Shown: piece by piece, positions 61,771 to 64,000 of the stretch
Position numbering within the stretch: the first letter of the stretch is position 1
How the letters are laid out: every line of letters starts with the position of its first letter
NCBI GenBank assembly: GCA_002633005.1
Contig: NMRA01000001.1
Span: 4,333,180-4,397,179 of the forward strand
Length of the DNA stretch: 64,000 bases
Reading direction: 5' to 3'
Source of the DNA: Phoronis australis
Taxonomy: Eukaryota; Animalia; Phoronida
Notes under the pieces: model-generated
What the model was told of the DNA's origin: nothing
Seen by the model: only the letters and a program-made list of their open reading frames with translations
Database searches by the model: none
Position numbers and translations under genes: made by a program

Positions 61771-63729
61771 TATTTTTTAAAGAAAAAAATCCATTGTTGC
61801 GCATATAGACGTGACACCTTTCATTGCATGATGTGCCCAATTTCGTAAGTGAACATTAACTGCTTGAATGTCTTGCAGACTTTCTGAAATCCTGATTTGA
61901 GTAAAATCTGCACAGACATGTCGACAGATTTCCATATCATTCGGCACATGAACAACACGTATGAAGTGCGTGTTTAAGGGACATTGTCGACCATTTTCGG
62001 GATTATTGATGGATGGGATAGAGCTATAAAACAATAACATTTGTATGGGTTTTTGCTATTTATTACATTTCGCCAAATGTCACCATTGGCTTCCAGACAT
62101 TAGTAGACATCAAGACCGATGACTTTACTAGTTAAAAACATTTTAAATACTTTTTTGAGTGGAAATCAGCTCCGCCAATAGAGCGTTGGACTGCGAATGC
62201 GGGTGTTCCGCCGCTGAGGCTGATCTCAGAAAATTACTGTTCGTGCCGATAACGTCCCTCTAATAATAAATAGGTCATATGAACGCTAATAAATTTATCT
62301 TTTTAAACAAAACCAGCACCTTCGCATTCTGCGCAGTGTTTGTTTCCACACCAAACACATTTATCCTCTTGTCTCGAGTTATAAGATAACCACCCGAGCG
62401 GTACGTGGCTTTAGTAATTAACAAATCATTTTTATGGCATGCAGACAGAACATATTTGTGTCACCATAGATCAAACCTCCATTTCCGTATGTTATGGAGT
62501 GTGGCAAGTTAGGCGGGAAAAATGAAAATGATCAATATTCCTGATTTACAAACCTTAATTTCAAATCGTTAAACATAGACACTTTCATCATGTCACTTTT
62601 TTAGGCTATTCAGCCGCTTTTGTGCCGCACGGTAAAACCACAAGTTATTAATTGAAAAACCGGCTTTGTTATCATTAACAAGTTTTTATTCAACTTGTGA
62701 CATTTTCTAAATTGAAATGTTTCTGTTCCCCAGACGTCCCTCACCTCACCTTTCAATCTCTATTTTTTCAGTTGCATTGTCATGCAAAATCCCTTTGTTG
62801 ACCCTCGCATCGACAATTTCCCTACAAATCATCACTTCAGGGGCCCCATTCCCTCACCCCGTATGGTTCACTCCTTGATGGTGGAACGTATTTTCACCGT
62901 GCTATTATGTGATTAATGGTCAGTTCCAGAAACCGGGAAGTTGAATGAGACGTCAATGTCATTGAAACAGAAACTTTTATTGGTCTTGCTTCAGTGAACG
63001 TCATCTGAGATTGTTGATCTGTGATACAATGCATAGAATACGTGTTCACATAAGTCAACGATGTTTGTAAACAAAAACAATTTGAAGTGGGTGATATTGA
63101 TTATGACGAAATCCAAATAAGATAGGTGAACATTAACTGTCGGTTGGCTTCCTAACATCTGCGGTGCACGTTATAACACATGTCCGAGCTGTTTATCATT
63201 TAACAGCTTCATAATATTTTCATTCGTTGCCGCTATGTATCATTTGTGGTTTATTTATTTGACCTATTTGATAGCCTAATTTGATGTTGCCGAGAAATGA
63301 GGCTTTAGGTGTCTGACAAGCTTGCATTGTTCTGCTGATTCGGTTCCACCGTTCAGGTTAATTCTGCTCTGAAAATTAGGCAACCAGGATTTTGTGCCTG
63401 ACGAACCGGCTTCACGGTCCCCAGTTTCCCAAAATGCGCTCATCGATTTGGGACTAAAGATCAGATGAAAATTTTCGTGAAAACATTTATTAGTGTTTTG
63501 TGAAGACACAGTTATAGCGGTTGTAAACCCACCTTCCATCGTAGGTTGGATTCGGGCCTCCTACCGTAACGAAGTTGGTCTCAAATTATTCATAAGGCCA
63601 AGTGCCGAAGCAATATTTTCGTCACGGTTGTTCAGTGCTGGGCAAAAATCGATAAGAATTTATTGGTAAGTAAATGCTTTAATGCAATTTTCTGGTAGTG
63701 ATTAGGCAAATAAATACTAGGTCTACTAC

Positions 63730-63812
63730 TGCTGCCGCCGCCGCCTCGCCACCACCACCGCCGCCGCCACCACCACCGCCGCCACCACCACCACCACCAC
63801 CACCACCACTAC
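63730..63812. repeat. Compound (CCG)/(CCA) trinucleotide microsatellite
   Basis: Seen directly. Confidence 0.9.
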
Positions 63813-64000
63813 TAATCATAATAATAGTTATGGTAATAGGATAGTAATAATATCAGTATTAGTAAAAACATACTCTTTTCCAATAATATCAATGTTTGTG
63901 TTAAGCTAAAAACAAACAAAATCGACTAAAAAACGTTAGAAAAGGACAATAAAAACAATAAATGCTAAAACATTTTTTACGACCAGTCAAGGCTGCGATG

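Overview
Eukaryotic, intron-rich, repeat-laden animal DNA. It looks like a marine invertebrate, plausibly a lophotrochozoan, but the species cannot be determined from the sequence. I can support five protein-coding loci: (1) a two-coding-exon beta-hydroxyacid dehydrogenase (HIBADH/GlxR family, +, 526-2784); (2) an intronless TMEM249-like CatSper auxiliary subunit (+, 9183-9944); (3) galactose mutarotase GALM (-, 27946-14823), with part of one exon lost at an assembly N and a 1-nt anomaly at the last acceptor; (4) a 16-coding-exon hnRNP L/LL orthologue (+, 29722-46884), head-to-head with GALM; (5) the first exon of a nidogen-like NIDO protein (+, 53963-54160). The rest is MITEs, decayed LINE/Penelope/SINE fragments, minisatellites and assembly gaps. 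The highlights are a candidate autoregulatory module in hnRNP L (a CA-rich intron block followed by a 42-nt poison exon with in-frame TGA-TAG, in the intron equivalent to the human exon-6A intron), a U12 AT-AC intron, GALM-hnRNPL(L) divergent microsynteny matching human GALM-HNRNPLL, and repeated 'exon-echo' tandem repeats that copy exon ends and splice sites into the flanking introns. Exon coordinates were read by hand and may be off by a base or two.
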